Below, piece after piece: positions 63,685 to 64,000 of a stretch of DNA of 64,000 nucleotides. Both the position numbers and the translations under genes were made by a program. Below the pieces are notes generated by a model. It was not told the origin of the DNA. It saw only the letters and a program-made list of their open reading frames with translations, and searched no databases. Source of the stretch: a bacterium (GTDB lineage: Bacteria; UBP4; UBA4092; JAOAEQ01). Location: NCBI GenBank assembly GCA_026416715.1, contig JAOAEQ010000003.1:11698-75697 (forward strand). The letters are read 5' to 3'. Every line of letters starts with the position of its first letter. Positions within the stretch are counted from its first letter, which is position 1.

Positions 63685-63966
63685 TTATAAAATAATTCCT
63701 TTTTGTTTAGCTAAGATTAGTTTGGTTTTAGTTAATAAGGTTCGATAGTCTAACCCTTCCTGATTTAATTTATCTTTATGTTGATTGAGGATTTTAATCG
63801 CTTCCTGTTCAAGTTCATCTTCACGTTTTAAATCGAACACAATTGTCTCTTTAATTACTGATTCAATTGAGGTTGCATCTGCTAATAGAGTCAATTGAGA
63901 TTCCTTTTTCAATAATTCGGTTATTTTAGTTGCTAAATAAGCTATTCTTGGTTCGGATAAACGCAT
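63685..63966 (-). CDS. DUF507 family protein
   Basis: MRLSEPRIAYLATKITELLKKE...DLKREDELEQEAIKILNQHK...KLILAKQKGIIL. Paralog of 63361-63666. Both end in KKG(F/I)IL. Confidence 0.5.
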   Translation of the reverse strand: MRLSEPRIAYLATKITELLKKESQLTLLADATSIESVIKETIVFDLKREDELEQEAIKILNQHKDKLNQEGLDYRTLLTKTKLILAKQKGIIL

Positions 63967-64000
63967 AGGTCTAATTTTAGATTGACCGTTTCATGTTTGG

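Noticed and set aside
1-64000. Search for CRISPR arrays, rRNA/tRNA genes, transposases, integrases, phage or toxin-antitoxin modules
   Set aside because: I saw no regularly spaced direct repeats, no tRNA-like cloverleaf candidates in the intergenic gaps, and no ORF with recombinase, transposase or phage hallmarks. Every large ORF has a metabolic, envelope or housekeeping explanation.
1-64000. Alternative genetic code (stop-codon reassignment) as an explanation for the in-frame TAA at 15806
   Set aside because: TAA terminates several well-delimited genes here (for example 195-2468, 2509-3999, 20938-22152). TAG also ends well-delimited genes (4077-5663, 5696-6982). Long ORFs are intact under the standard code, so global reassignment is not supported.

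Overview
AT-rich bacterial chromosomal window. I recognise 47 protein-coding genes (one partial at the left edge) and no rRNA, tRNA, CRISPR array, transposase, integrase or phage genes.

Layout:
- 1-41444: an unbroken run of minus-strand genes.
  - A CUT1-type sugar ABC importer whose binding protein is fused in-frame to a permease.
  - Five secreted hydrolases: a GHL10-like enzyme, two NlpC/P60-plus-jelly-roll paralogs and two secreted Cys-His-Glu glutamine-amidotransferase-fold proteins.
  - A GlcNAc-oriented glycan degradation locus: ceramidase-like, URO-D-like, GH42-like, an EEP-CBM gene interrupted by an in-frame TAA, GH20-like, two GHL10, two GH84 and a GH63-like enzyme.
  - Glutamate dehydrogenase and a formylglutamate-amidohydrolase-like gene.
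  - Three GspG-like pseudopilin genes interleaved with two paralogous secreted beta-helix proteins, a TolB-like propeller protein and an ACT-malic enzyme.
  - A DegT-type aminotransferase.
- 41445-41875: a 431-bp AT-rich divergent region.
- Right of that, housekeeping and envelope genes:
  - cyclase-like, Asp23/AmaP/DUF2273, gmhA plus a stand-alone heptose-1-P adenylyltransferase;
  - pcrA with its Tudor domain encoded as a separate overlapping ORF;
  - gatC, a TPR protein and copA;
  - four consecutive GT-C-type membrane glycosyltransferases (2x GT87-like, PMT/ArnT-like, YfhO);
  - aspS, an SDR epimerase with a zinc-ribbon insertion, and tandem DUF507 genes.

Most notable signals:
1. A recurring short C-terminal tail (P-V-E-L-x-x-F-[ED] or S/V-A-P-[LI]-F plus a charged tail), with no transmembrane helix, on seven secreted proteins.
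2. The single in-frame TAA splitting a modular secreted EEP-CBM-CBM-Ig protein.
3. The secreted gamma-glutamyl-type hydrolase block.
4. The pseudopilin/beta-helix/propeller neighbourhood.
5. The split PcrA Tudor domain.
6. The GT-C quartet.

All family assignments rest on motif recognition by eye. No database search was possible. The lineage cannot be fixed from this window. GspG-like pseudopilin expansion, DUF507 and strong GGAGG ribosome-binding sites fit PVC-like or related uncultivated phyla.
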